Shown here: in pieces, positions 1-13,500 of the stretch
Numbering within the stretch: position 1 is the first letter of the stretch
Layout: each line of letters opens with the position of its first letter
Assembly: GCA_051362555.1 (NCBI GenBank)
Contig: CM120640.1
Coordinates: 54,848,788-54,912,787, forward strand
DNA: 64,000 bases
Direction: 5' to 3'
Source: Lingula anatina
Taxonomy: Eukaryota; Animalia; Brachiopoda
Program-made: the position numbers and the translations under genes
Notes under the pieces: model-generated
What the model saw: the letters and a program-made list of their open reading frames with translations, nothing else
Database searches by the model: none
What the model was told of the DNA's origin: nothing

Positions 1-3000
1 AGAGTGTACCAAAGAACAATTCATTACCAGCACACATGAGAAAAAGGATGATCTGAAAAAGCAAAATAATGTTCTGAAAAAAAGTGTTATGTGAAACCTT
101 TTTCAACTAGAGAAATATGCTTTACATGACTCATTCCTTTAAACACATCAAATAAATAGAAATTCATAAATAAAACAATAAGCATATATTTAAATAAATA
201 AATACATAAATATATGTTGGCAATTGCCATACTGTAATGCAACAGTCTAGATCACCAAATAGGAGACTTGCATGCCAAGAAACTGCCAATAAAACTACCA
301 GATATAATGTTAGGAAGATATTCCAAAGGCAGAGATCAAGACATATTCCTAATGAAGAAGAAGAAGAAAAAAAAAAAACAGAGCAGTATGCAAAGGTGCT
401 AAAGACTGTGTAAGCTAAGACCTCATTCCCATAGATATTTAGATCGATCTATCCCCTTGGGGAGTCTCACTAGATTGGTCTCAGCTTATCAGGCTTAAAT
501 GTCTGTCCCGCCTACTAAAAGTTGTAAGGGGGTAATTAACTATGGTGCGCTCTGAGCTGACAGCAATTTAGTGTGAACCCCCAGGGAGTAAGGTCGATCC
601 AGATGGATCGATCTAAATCTCTGAGAATGCAGTCTAAGTGATAATGTCTAAAACTGTGAAAAGCTTCATTGTTGGATCTGTCATTTTGTTTTACTTAGGA
701 GCAAAGGAGCTGGAGTCTGCCTTGAACACAACTTGATCAATGGTGTTCGAGACCTATCCTTACCCTGTTGGTATAGTAGTGTTTCAGGATTGGGTTGCCC
801 TCAAGATCTATCACCTTATGGCTAGAGCTTCCTTTCATAGCAGAACTGCAATAGCAAAAATAATTTACTAGTAAATGTCTTTCAATTTCTCATTTATTTA
901 AATAAAAACATTATATGTCTATTTTGCAGGTCTTTGGGTAACACAGTTCAAGGATAGAAAAAGGACTAAAACACTATTACAGGTACATAATGCCAAGAAA
1001 ACTGTGACAAATAAATTAGTAATTGTTTTCCAGAGTATGTAACCACTAAAACAATGTGGTTTTATTTCAGGTTTTCTATAGAGTTATAAACAAGTAATTC
1101 TGAATATGTACAGGACATTCTTATGCAAACAAAACTTACACCCAAGTATGCATCCAGTGACTGACAATATCAACACATAAGTTGAACATCAAGACAATGG
1201 TATACTTTGGATAAAACTGACATAGCACTATAATCAGGCACATTGTGCCACATCTGTCTGTTAGCATGTCCAGCATAGCACCAAATTTTGTACCTGGAAA
1301 AAAAGATATATTTAGCAGACAACTCACACAAAGAGCATGCTCCTTGAATGTTTCTTCATTCTGACACTTATTTTGATCTATTCACATTATGATCTTATAC
1401 AGTATCTCTTAAAATATCTTCATGTCACTTAAATCAATTCTACCATGCAAATAAAAAAGACTGTTAGTACGGCAGTCCATGATAAACCATATTATGTTAA
1501 GATTATAATTATTATAATTATTCAACAGACCTACTGTATGCATAATCTTACTTAAATTGTTGTTATCATAAGTACACAGAAATAAGTTCCAGAAGCATAC
1601 GTACCTTGGCCAAGATACCTTGCAGCATGCCCATCAATGGCATCAAGTCCACTACTCAACATATAACAAGTTATTGCAGTCACATGATCAAAAGGCATGA
1701 AATAGAATGATGCAAATGCCAGGAGTATTCTTGCATAACCTAAAAAAGAAGGTTTGTGTAGGTAATACAGCATATAGGAACTGTAAATGAATACAAACCA
1801 TTAAAATGATTTTTGTCAAATAAAGGAAAGCCAGGAGTATTCTTGCATAACCTAAAAAAGAAGGTTTGTGTAGGTAATACAGCATATAGGAACTGTAAAT
1901 GAATACAAACCATTAAAATGATTTTTGTCAAATAAAACATCTGAGCAGAAGAAAATGTTACTTAAGAAATCATTAAGAGTGGCTGACTGGTAATAAAGGA
2001 TCCAGTATATTTTGGTCATCTTACTAGTACTTTTAAAAGACTGGAAATAAGTAACTAAAATTGAAAACAAAAATTAATAAATGGGAAGGAGGAGTATCAT
2101 CGTTAGTGCTTTTTTAAACTATACTAGTCTTCTAGCTTATAAATAAAACTTATTTTTAAAACAAGGCACCAAAGCTGTCAAATGTACAAACATCAAGAAA
2201 GAAAAATAATCCAATCAAGCTGCTTTACCAATTTGAGCTGTGTGTCAATGATTCTTGTAAGTTACATAATGATAAGTAACACACTTTTCCTTTTAGAGTA
2301 TTTGTAGTGGCAGTACACAAAATATTTTTGTGCAGCAAAAAGTGAAAAACAGCATAGATTTTGGAAAAATGGTCTGATCAGTGTGATTTTTGAACTAGAC
2401 CTGTATTTTATGAATATTCATCAGTTCTGTAACTTTGAAGACAAAAGGTAAAAATAGTGGCCATGACGACACAGGCAATGGCTATATGTACAGACACATC
2501 TGTGTCTGTGCATAAAAATGAACAAGCCTCCTGTACAGTATGATACTGTGGCATTATACTGAGGTTCCCTTGTAAATGCAAAGTGATTTATGGGAAACCT
2601 GTACAAAATTGTCCAGATTAATCTCACTCATCTAGTGTAAAACTCATACAATTTTAAAAGTGCTTTAGCTTCTGACAGTTTATATTGAAGTTAGTGCCCT
2701 GCACATTCATAGCTGCATTTGTTTAGCAGTATTTCCACAGCAATACATCTTGCATTTAATAGTCCTGACATGTTACAATGCTTTTGGTCACAATGCTTTA
2801 CCAATTTCAAAACTAAATATTTAAGTACTAGTACATTACTGGCACAACTGTCCTTAACAGCCTGGTGACTTTATAACAGAGCTATGCATATGTCATTTTT
2901 GGCATAGATTAATGAGACTCAGTAGCAGACAGCAAGATGCACTGTAGTGGAGCAGTGCAGAATATATTTAGTGCTTTCAACTGGTAGCTAGCTTCACCAT

Positions 3001-4984
3001 TTTATCAAATCATATCAATAATAAATTTAATCAATCTTAACAGATATTTTACTAGGGTATAGATCTATGCATGCAGGATCCTTTTGTGATAATGGTATGA
3101 GGTCTGTTACATGAAATTAAGTAAAATTTCAGCTTGCCCACATAGCCATTGGCTGGTGTTATTTCTCTACACCCGAATTCTTTTTCCTGGTCATTTGGGT
3201 AGTGAAAGTCAAATGTCAGAGAAAGACATATGTCAGAGAAAGACGTAAGCAGACAGTTTTGGTCTTTCCTGCAACTAAGCAGTGAGCACAGATATCCACA
3301 GGTGTTGTTAGTTGTTTGATTTCATGAACAACCATAAAAACTGGCTGGAGTATCAGATTTCAAACCATTTTTTCAATTGTTTGCCATTGCTCAACTTATG
3401 CAAATGAGCCTATCTTGACACTTGATTGAGAATAGTTGTTACTTCCTATTGGGAACTGTTTTGAATTCTAAGAGAGGTTCTGAGTGAAAATTTTAAAGAG
3501 CAAACTTTTCAACAGATTTAAAACAAAAATTTAGCAAAGTTTGGCAAGACAAAATATATGCCACATAGAAGAACAAGGTCTAAGGTTTGTCAGATTTATT
3601 ATTATTATTATTTCTTAATTTGGGCAAGTATTTTTTTGTAATTTTTTTTGTTTCCCCTCTTCTGGTTCCCCATATAGCTAAGATAAAAAAGGTCAAGCTC
3701 TACTGTATACACTTTGAAAGATATTTCAAATTCCTATAACATTATTTAGGGAGCGAAAATCCACTGAGGCAACTTTTGACTAATTTTTGAAAGTGGGGTC
3801 TGAAAAAAACTGACAGGCATGTGGTCACTAAAACTTGAATAAAGATTCAGATCTAAATGGATTATTCATACTCAAATCTGTGACTATCTGTGTAATAAAT
3901 GTCGTCTAGCTCAATAAGATAGGTATATCACAATCCGCTAGGGGCGCTACAGTCGTAACTATCCAGGGGCAGTGAAGTGTAAAACTGAAGTCGGCCTGCT
4001 GACAGTTCGCCTATGGAACCCCTTTTTTAAATCCCTCTTTTAGTGCCGCCTAATAAAACTAATACAAGCCATTAACTAAATAAGCTGTAAATCAATGAGT
4101 AAAATCCGGTCACGTGATTTTCCCGTGTTGCAGTCTTTGAGAAGTTTCAGTTCAGGGTGTTTGAAGTTTTGCCTCGACAAAATGCTCAAAAATGTCAGGG
4201 GAGTACTGGTTTCCGCACTTTGAAATTTATAGCGAATAAAGTTTATGAAATTTGCAATATTATGTAGAAAAATCATGAAAATTAAACCATGCGAAGTATA
4301 GTTTATTTGATGCACAATATTCATAGTACTTAGTACATGATCTGCACGGAATCCATCCCAGCCATGTGCTTGTGCGGTCGCCAATTTGGGTTTGTTTCCG
4401 GGTCATTAGATTAACATACAGCCATAATTGCCCTAATTGGTCACAAGCAATTTGAGCACAGCTACAGTTGAGTGATCACCGCTGGTCAGTAGTTACAGGT
4501 TTTTAGCTGAAGAGTGTGGACACTTTTGGTGGATTTTTGCAGTTAAAAAAACTTCAATATCTTTGTTGCTTTTAGGAATATTTAAAAAATTCCAAATGAT
4601 TTCATCCGGTTTTTGCATTACCTTTCAGATGATATAAGTATTATAATTTTCTGATCAGTTTGAAAATTTTTCTGATATACCTAAAATTTTAGCCTAAATA
4701 AGAAAAAAATCATGTGTGGATCCAAACCTTACGCTTAGCATTTCGTGCTGACGTTTTAGAAACTGTTCATATACTGGCAATAGTAGTATCAGTTGATATT
4801 GAATTTAAATAATTTAGCAATTAATCGCTATAATAGGTAAAACTAATTACTGTATGCTAAGTACATGTAGTACTATGCAGTAGTAAGCGAGCGATACTAC
4901 CAATCTTATAGACTTGTTATAGTAAATATTGACACACTTACCGATTAAATTTGGTACAAAAAGGAATATATTTTCAGCCATCAT
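1..4984 (-). CDS. CDIPT: CDP-diacylglycerol--inositol 3-phosphatidyltransferase (PI synthase); exons 4984-4942, 1739-1605, 1293-1140, 845-764, 52-<1; 3' end outside window
   Basis: Spliced translation MMAENIFLFVPNLIGYARILLAF...LDAIDGHAARYLGQGTKFGAMLDMLTDR...DIVSHWMH...SHKVIDLEGNPILKHYYTNR IILFLMCAGNELF. It contains the CDP-alcohol phosphatidyltransferase motif DxxDGxxAR...GxxxDxxxD. All junctions are GT-AG with consistent phases (1,1,2,0). Confidence 0.96.
419..634. mobile_element. MITE family A, copy 1 (PIF/Harbinger-like), in a CDIPT intron
   Basis: Imperfect TIRs (gacctcattcccatagatatttagatcgatc ... gatcgatctaaatctctgagaatgcagtc) flanked by TAA at 416-418 and 635-637. Closely similar copies lie at 27504-27700 and 39384-39608. 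Confidence 0.8.
1718..1936. repeat. 107-bp direct tandem duplication (period 112) spanning the CDIPT exon 2 acceptor
   Basis: 1718-1824 and 1830-1936 read identically by eye. Confidence 0.95.
3581..4731. mobile_element. Possible non-autonomous DNA transposon in CDIPT intron 1
   Basis: Ends taaggtttg ... caaacctta, with further imperfect inverted similarity (tttcttaatttgggc vs tttcttatttaggc). The interior is richer in CpG than the flanks. Confidence 0.4.
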
Positions 4985-5359
4985 GCAATGCCACTGAATC
5001 AGCAACACTTTCGTTAAATCAGGGATTATTGTGTACGGAAAGAAAGGAATCCAAACTGTATCACCTATGCACCGATAGTAAAGAACACTGGTAAGAAATT
5101 ACAATTTGAAATTGTGTTAGTTGAGAAAACAGAATTCAATGTAGATCTATTTGCATTTATCTTTATTCTTAAGATTGGGGTAAATAAATAGCTTCATTTT
5201 ATTTTTTTATTCATCTTAATTTTCTAAGTTTTGTGAGTGTAAATACGTTTCGTTTGAAATTTTGGTATGTTTATATTTCTCGTTCCACTTAACAGGTATC
5301 CCATATGTTCTTTTCACTAGTAGTACTCCATCTTGACAACAAAATGGCCGCTTGCGAAC
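4985..5359. promoter_or_regulatory. Bidirectional promoter region between CDIPT and the uncharacterised gene
   Basis: Divergent ATGs at 4984 (-) and 5360 (+) have 375 bp between them. A YY1-like aaaATGGCcg lies at 5341-5350. Confidence 0.7.
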
Positions 5360-8300
5360 ATGGATGCATATGCTGAAGAGGCTGAGGAATCACGCAGATA
5401 TTCGTTTCTTTTAGGTTCAGCATTGCGAAACGAAGACCCTGAACAGTTTTTCAAAGTTTATGAACGCATTTTACAAGAGACAAAATCACCGGAGCAGGTG
5501 AGAGGGGTTCATTGCGTATCTTAATATTGAGACTACAAATTTCAGCTTGGACGGTGACTTGACATTTGAGTTCAGACGACAGACTCTCAGGCAACTTAGA
5601 TGCCTGGCTTAACGTTAAGAAATTAGTTAACTTAAAATCAAAAGATATTTTATCATAATATGAGATGAAGGCATTAATTATCTACTCCAAATCGTTAATC
5701 AATTTACGTTTGAAGTGTTTTTAACATCTACTCTTCTGAGTAATTTAATTTCTGCTCAAGTTTTGGTCTAATGATCCTTCAGCGGTTGCTCTTCATTTTT
5801 CAGTTTTTATTAACTGTGTTGGGCTAAATTATAAATAAGGTGCAAATAGTTTTGAAAGTTCTGCATCCACTCTAAAAAAGAATGCCATAGTATATTCCTC
5901 CACACTATCACCCAAACCCAATATAGAGGTGCAATTGATGTCACAGGCATGCTCTTAAAAATAATTTAGTGCACAGATTGCAAACTATGTTTGATTATTT
6001 TAGGGTCCCACATGAAGAAGTTTTGTATCAAAGTTTAACTCTCCTGGAACCATGAATAATCAAAAATATTTCATCCAAAAATATTTCATCGTATATCCCC
6101 AAAAAGGAACATACGTTACTGTCACAAATGCAAAATGTCCAACTGTGAAATGTTTTACCCACTTTGAAAATTCAATCATCACTGGTTTTGGTCTTTGATT
6201 TATCTCCTACAAGTATAATGTTGTAAAAAATTATAATAAACTTCTGTATAGAGCAGTTCATTGTTTTTGAGCGACTTTAGTTGGCTTGTCACTGAATATT
6301 TAAAAAATGGGAAAATACACCCTACCAACAGTAAAATAAGCATTAAATAAATTATTTTCCCTTGTGATCCAAATAATATATCAGGAATGTCAAACTATCA
6401 TGGAATCACAATATATTTTTTGGTCAGCAACAGAAAACATTGTTTTCTATTGCACCAAGTACTTGAACAAAATTAACTTTTTGACAATTTTTCTGGGGAA
6501 CATACGTTACCTAGTATTAGCCATGACACAAAGCCCCAGTGTTCATTCTAGGAATGTTTCAATGTGGGACAAAGGGCCCCCAACATTAAAAAGAGTGGGT
6601 CATTACATTTTAAAGTGGGCCCTTGTTCAAATCGTGAAATTATAATATGTAACGCATGTTGTTTTACTGGTATTTATGTTCAGAGATGAAAAAAATTTAT
6701 TATAAAAATATTTTTACTTATAGGTGATCACATTCAATAAGTAACCCCAATTTTCTAAAACAAAACCCTTGAGTTGACGCTCCAATTTTTGTAAACAAGT
6801 ATAAGATAACACTAAAATATGTTCACGATTTATTCACCAATAACCAAGTTCTTACTATAACAACATTTTAAACCCATTTTTGATTCAATTTATGAAAATT
6901 CCATTTAATTTTACTTCTTCTGTCCACTGTCCCATTATCAATGACCCTTAACTAACTGGCATGCATTCATGACTTATGAAATTAATTGTCTCATACCTGA
7001 TAATGATATATAATTTGTTGATAAAAAGCTACCAGATTGAGAATGATATCACACATATTTCGACAGCAGAGACATAGGTCTTACTAAAAATCACTTTAAG
7101 AATTGTTCCTTTTTGTTGTTAATGAGATTGTCAATGAATTGACACTGTATTGCCTTGCACTGTTTCTCATAATTAGCACAAGTCACAAGGTGGTCCCTGG
7201 AGAATTTACGATGACCTTTTCCCCACTTTCAGGAGAAATTCTTCAATTTAGCTGCCAGGTATACCAGCCAACGTTTAAGTCCTTCGGAAGTTCCAAACTT
7301 GTGAATTGCAATGCCCTCTTAAACAATCCAGTAAACTGATTTCACCACTGCCATGATTGCTCCATCTTTACCTAGAAAAGTTATAAAAGTTACAATTAAA
7401 TTTGAATTTGGGCATAAAAACCTGCATAAAATGTTAAGTAGTGTTGAAGGTATCCACAAAGAATACTCCAGCACACTATCCCTCACTTTATTTTTCCCTT
7501 AATCGCCATGAACTGAGACCAAATCTCTCAACACAATAAAATTATGAAAAATGAATGTGAAAATTTTTTACCTATATATACAAAAAATAAGGTTCAGGGA
7601 AATGACATGAGCTTGACGCCCTATGTCAATGCGACGCAGCAAACACATTGTTTACATAGTTATTCAGCATTGCGATATCCCAGAATGCACTGTCAAGAGT
7701 TCCTCAAACTGCACAAATATATTTACAACACGTGGGTCCGGGACCGTCACGATAATCACTTTGGTGTCTATTGCTCTGTGTTATAAATAAATATTGACAA
7801 AAAATAATATCTTACCTTCTAAAGCTCTGCAAAAAGCCTGTTTAGCTTGAGCTGCTTCCGACGTTTCTTGCATGGCAGCGGACGTCGCATAGATCTAAGG
7901 GTACTCGTTCGAAATTTATTAGTCCCTTGAAAGAAGATATTGTCCTTCAATGCATAAGCTGCAATACACCAAGTTTGCGTTATCGTCGTGCACAAGCCAC
8001 TTGTAAGCCTGCTTGTAAGTATTTCTCCAACATTTTTGAAACGACCTTGAGTTGCATTGCTATTCGACGTGGTATCAGCAGTCGTGACGGCTGCACAAAC
8101 TTTAGTTCTCTTTTCTGGTGGGAATGTCTGCTGTGCATGATCATGATCATCTCCGTCGCTACTGTTCTGAGCCGTTTTAGAGTGATCTTCGGGATCGATT
8201 TTCTTTAAAAAACTCAAAATACCATTTTGCTTTTTCTCCGCCAGCATGCACAATGTACGGGTTGATCAAAATTGACCTACAAGGACAATTAATCTCAGCC

Positions 8301-10444
8301 TATCAGGGATTCAGAAAAGGAGGGGCGATCGCCACTGATTTGCATAAAGCGCATGACGTCAGCATAAATTAAGATCTTTGTTAAAACTGCGATGAGTAAA
8401 GAATATCTTCGTTACGTTTAACATTAGATCTTGATGTCAAGAGAAGTCGAGTAAACAATCAAACTTCGGCCGTGAATTTGCTGAATTGGAGGGCGCGTTT
8501 AGAACACAAAAATGCGCCGCTGTTAATTCTCTTGAATTTTGTTGGCGCAGCTCACTCTACGAATTGCGTCAACCACATTTTTTCTGCGTCAATGACGCAA
8601 GGGCGCATCCTAGAATGAACACTGAAGCCCCTTGTTTAAATATTTATAAAAACATCCTTAGGTCATGTATAATTAACCATGACGGAATCACTGTCTACAA
8701 AGTATACCGAAAGACGGTATAAAAATTAAAATTAAATGACCTGGAACATACATTATCATACATTTCTGGAACATATGTTACCATTTAAGGCTCTTTGCGT
8801 AATGTAAAGACATGGTAAAAATTAAAATTTGAATTCAAGTTGAGACAGTCGTGGATTTTTGTTCTATACCCATGTTTTAAAAAAATTTATACATTTTTGA
8901 ATTCATTCAATTTTATTTTTGGACACTTCAGCATGTGAAACGCACCTCTATATTGGGTTTGGGTGTATAAGTCTTTGATTTTCAATATTTTTCTAAATGA
9001 GGGTTTATGGTGACTTTGTGCAATCTTATTGCCATTCAAGTAAACTGGTTTGGGAATTCTCTCAACCAATATTTGATGTTTTACAATTAACTTCAAGCCC
9101 ATTCAAATATTATAAGAGCTGAGGGTGAAACTTCTGTCAAACTAAAATGCGCAATATATCTTTTGAAAAATACCAAGCCAATAGTAGACAAACCCTTCAA
9201 GAAATTGACAAAAAGGGGCATATTTCCAAATTTGAATTGGCATTATAGAAAAAGTAGTATGATAGCTTATTTTGCACGCAAGTGCAATATCATTTAAAGA
9301 ATTAATGTACTAAATTTTAAATCTAAATGTTGCACAGATTTTGAAATAGATTGCCTCAAAATTGGTGCACACTGTGAAGTTTATGTCTTCAAGGTCCTGA
9401 CAATACCTGGAGGTGCTTCATGATGCCACTCAGTTGTATTTGGGAAGCTGCTGGATGATTTTCCAATGAGAAAGACTTGTAGCTCATGCAAAAGTTAAAA
9501 AATAACCATGCAGATTATAAAAGTTTCAGTAATCAAAATTTAAACTTTGTAATAAGACAGATGAAGTAGTATATTTCTGAACTTGAATTGTAAGTGAAAA
9601 CAAAGTGTACTGTACACATTTTTATACATTAAAACATGAAAAAAGTAAATGCCAGGTTTTATACTTTATCCAATGCTTCTTTGACAACATGATTGCTTGC
9701 GTAAGGCATGCTGGTAAATACAGTGAAAAACACCTACTTCAGGTTTTTGTCGATATCTTGAAATTGTTGATTTTTTTGAAGGGTAAATCTAAGTGATGGA
9801 CTTTCTCTTGCCAGAACTATGATGTCACGAGTTTATCCTTTTTGCAGAGCTCTTTTTCATTTGACTGAGCCACTTTAAGTTGAGAGTATAATGTATATTA
9901 AAAAAACTGCTTTTGAAATTATACTTATCTTCACACTTATATCCAAAAACATAAATGTTGACCCATTTGACATTTTTTCTTGCTGTATACTTTTGGCAGA
10001 TGGAAGCATTATTGAATGCATCAGTGGTGTGTCATCACTGCCATCTATTTTTCTCATCTGTTTATCTTCGTCTGTAAACCTATTAAGACAGAAGCATTAC
10101 ATATCAGGTTAATCAGCACATGATTTTTAGTTACCCCCTTACTGCATTTTAGCTGATTTTACTAATTGGACTTAGTGAGAATCCCTGCAGAGTTGGACAG
10201 ACACAGTTAGTACGATGTGTGAATCTGAATGAGGCTTAGAACAAAACTGGTGTTGTATTTTCCAGAATGAACGATGTATAAAATAACATTTAAACATATT
10301 AAGGTGGCTGGGAGATGCTATACTAGTATTTTAATTCAGTTGTTATAAGGTTAGAGTAGGCAGAATGCACTAAAACAAATTTGATTATGTATAAAAACAA
10401 GACAGAAAAGTGGTGGGCATTTATAATTCTTGTTTTAAAATTTG

Positions 10445-10521
<77 letters not shown>

Positions 10522-13500
10522 AATGCATATAAAAATGTGGAAGCTACACAAAGATATTGAAATGTTGCTCTCTCTGTATTTATTCAATTATGTATTGTAG
10601 ATTACATGTAGAATTGCCCTGTAATTTTAAGCTTTTCCTATATTGCATAATCTGTTCAGTAAGACAACATAAAATAATCAATAAGAAGACATGCAGTTAT
10701 ATTGTGCTAGATGTCTTCTCCAAGCCCATCCCCCTTTTGCAGCCACCAGGTGTCTCCAGTGGTTTGTCCTTGGCAGCCATGTTGACCTATAGTATAGTGT
10801 CTAGACTGTTGTACATTGGGCTCAGATAAAGTGGGAGGGGAGAGGTGGAGTGATCAAGACAGCACACTACCAATATCCACAGGTAAACCAGGCAGTCCCC
10901 AAGGGGTCTAGCATAGATGAAGAAGATAGATTTCTCAACATGTTTTCCTACTCACTGTCTAGTCTTTAGGTTAATGTATGCATATTGTATTGCTGAGCTG
11001 ATATGGCTTATTGTGTGTTTGTGTGAGGTAGGGGACACACTGGCTATAGAGAATACAGCACATTTGCTCAACCCATAGGCATAACAGTTTCTTGCCTGTT
11101 GTTTTTAAGCACTGGCATAGTAAGGTTAGGAAAAACATTGGCAAGTAGCAGGTGCCAAAGTTATGTCGATAGTGGACTAAAAGTTAAATATAAACTAGAC
11201 ATAGTGTGTGGGTTGTTATTTGCCATATTATGCAGTGATGTTGGCATGCACTGAAGGGGAGGGAACTAGTGTGTTTTCGAATGTTCCAGTTGGCAAGTCA
11301 TACATATTGACTCACCACCACATGGCCATTGGATTTTAAACTTAGTATTATGAATAAAATTTCTCTCATGTGTGACCTTGTGTAGTGATAAGCTCTTGGC
11401 TGCTGTCTCTGATGATTTACCTGTGTGGAGAACTAGGTCAAAGAGTAAAGTGGGCATAAACTGGTTATCATGTATGGTACTGAATCAATAGGACAAGTGT
11501 AAATAGATAGCATTGTGTTATGTTGAGCAAACACTGCTTTGCCCTTATATGGTGTATGATGGTATCCTATAAAATGACTAGCTAAATAATGGTTATCTTT
11601 CTTTTTGTAGTCCTTGTATTCATGGATGGATAAGGACATTTAGTATGCAAGTATGTAATGTCATTTGTATTCCCTTTCTATGTATACTGGCTGAAATGCC
11701 TCCATTAAAAATAGCAACAGAACATGTAATACAGTTTATACTGTATTGTTGTAATTTGTCTATTGAAGATATTTAGTTTTTACTCTAGTAAGCAGATGTT
11801 TCACAGTTTGATTGCAATCCAGTATAAATTTATTCTTATTTTCAGACCTTATGAGCGGATTAGGCATTTATGAACACTACCCATAGATCTTTTAGCACTA
11901 ATACCATATTAATTACCAAACCCACAAATAAACCAACACTGTACAATTATTTAATTAGCATCAACAAAGTGATACCTAGCACTAACATTCATACGCTCTG
12001 GTAGTGCTATATTGTATATACACAATGTATATTTTACAGACTAAAAAGTGCACTGCCCCGAAATGAAAAACTGTCAGGTCTTTAAAGTCATTCATACCAT
12101 GTGCATTGCATACTTTTAAAAATATAAGTGGACTTTAAATATGATTTAAACTAGGACTCTTAATATAATTAAAACATACTCATTGGACCAAATATCGTTT
12201 ATCATTTAAACACTTAAATTAATTATCATTCAATTTTATTTAATTTGCACTAAACTACCTTTTATATAACTTTTTGTACTATCAAACTATTTTTAGTTGA
12301 AAATACACATTATTACTATTATTATTTATATTCATGCAGAACAGTTAACCGTCAGGTTTACTACCATCAAAAAGGGATAGCACTTTCTGATAGTAACAAA
12401 TGTAGATAATGACCTAGAACACAATAAGCTTAATGAGTTGTTGTATATAAAAACAAGTTTATGAAAAATAATTATATATATATATATAAAACAACAAATT
12501 ATAATGTGCTCTGAAATTTGCAAGGTCACTGCATGCCTAATTTTATGAAAGAGAGCACCTGTTCCCAATTCTTCTTGATCATATGACCTTCTGGTGTCAG
12601 CCTGTCATCTCCTTGTGTTATGAATTGTTTTGATTAATTTCATAGAACATTAAAACCAGTGTTTTCCAAGATGGCCTTTTTAGAATATGATTTGGTGGGT
12701 TAGCAACACAAATCAGCATAGCTCTAGGTTCTATAGCTTCAATGTTAATCAAATTCATGTGCATCTGGCACCAGCAGGTAGAGCAATGAAATTTTTATGT
12801 TCATGTGCACTGCAGCCCAATAATAGTATTTTTATCTCCAGCTATGAAATCGTGTTGATAGTTATAGATTTCCATACCAGTTCATTATGCATGTTTAAAT
12901 GCAGATTTTCTTACACAGAGGGGCTCTAAACTAGATAACTGTGGAATAACACTGAGGCTTGGAAAACCTTGGCATGTCGTCTAAAATCTGTGCCAGGTAG
13001 TTAAAATTGTTAGATGTGTAATTAGATTTAAGACCAGATTGTATGGAAGAATTTGCCAGAATCTGCTTGGTGATAAGTAATTGTTTTGTGTGTCACTTTT
13101 GAATAGCAGAGGGGTAGAAGAATAAGAAACAATATTATACCTAATTTTAATGCCTTTGTAAATGAATATAAGTCATTCAGACATAAATGATATTTAATGA
13201 ATCAATGGATAGTCACTAGTCATGTAAAATATTTTGTCTTGAAATCAGTTTTATGCTGTTAGACTATTAATATTCTAGTGTAAAGTCAGCATGGTTTTGT
13301 TTTAACCATTTACATGAAAATGTCAGCATTATCAATTAAACCATTTCCAAAATATTGATTGATATACGTTTCAATTTCTTAAAATTGTTATACCTTTCAT
13401 GAGATGTGTACATATTGTTAATGCATGTATGAACTATTTTTTTAGCTTGAAGCTGTAAAAGAGCAGGCAAGAGGCTTCTTTGAACTGACGGAAGAGGACT

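Noticed and set aside
3935-3948. ccgctaggggcgct as a CTCF site
   Set aside because: It is one base short of the core spacing and lies within a probable transposon.
9600-10112. Short ORFs on both strands with an acceptor-like site near 10080
   Set aside because: No recognisable domain and no consistent exon chain; possibly decayed TE sequence.
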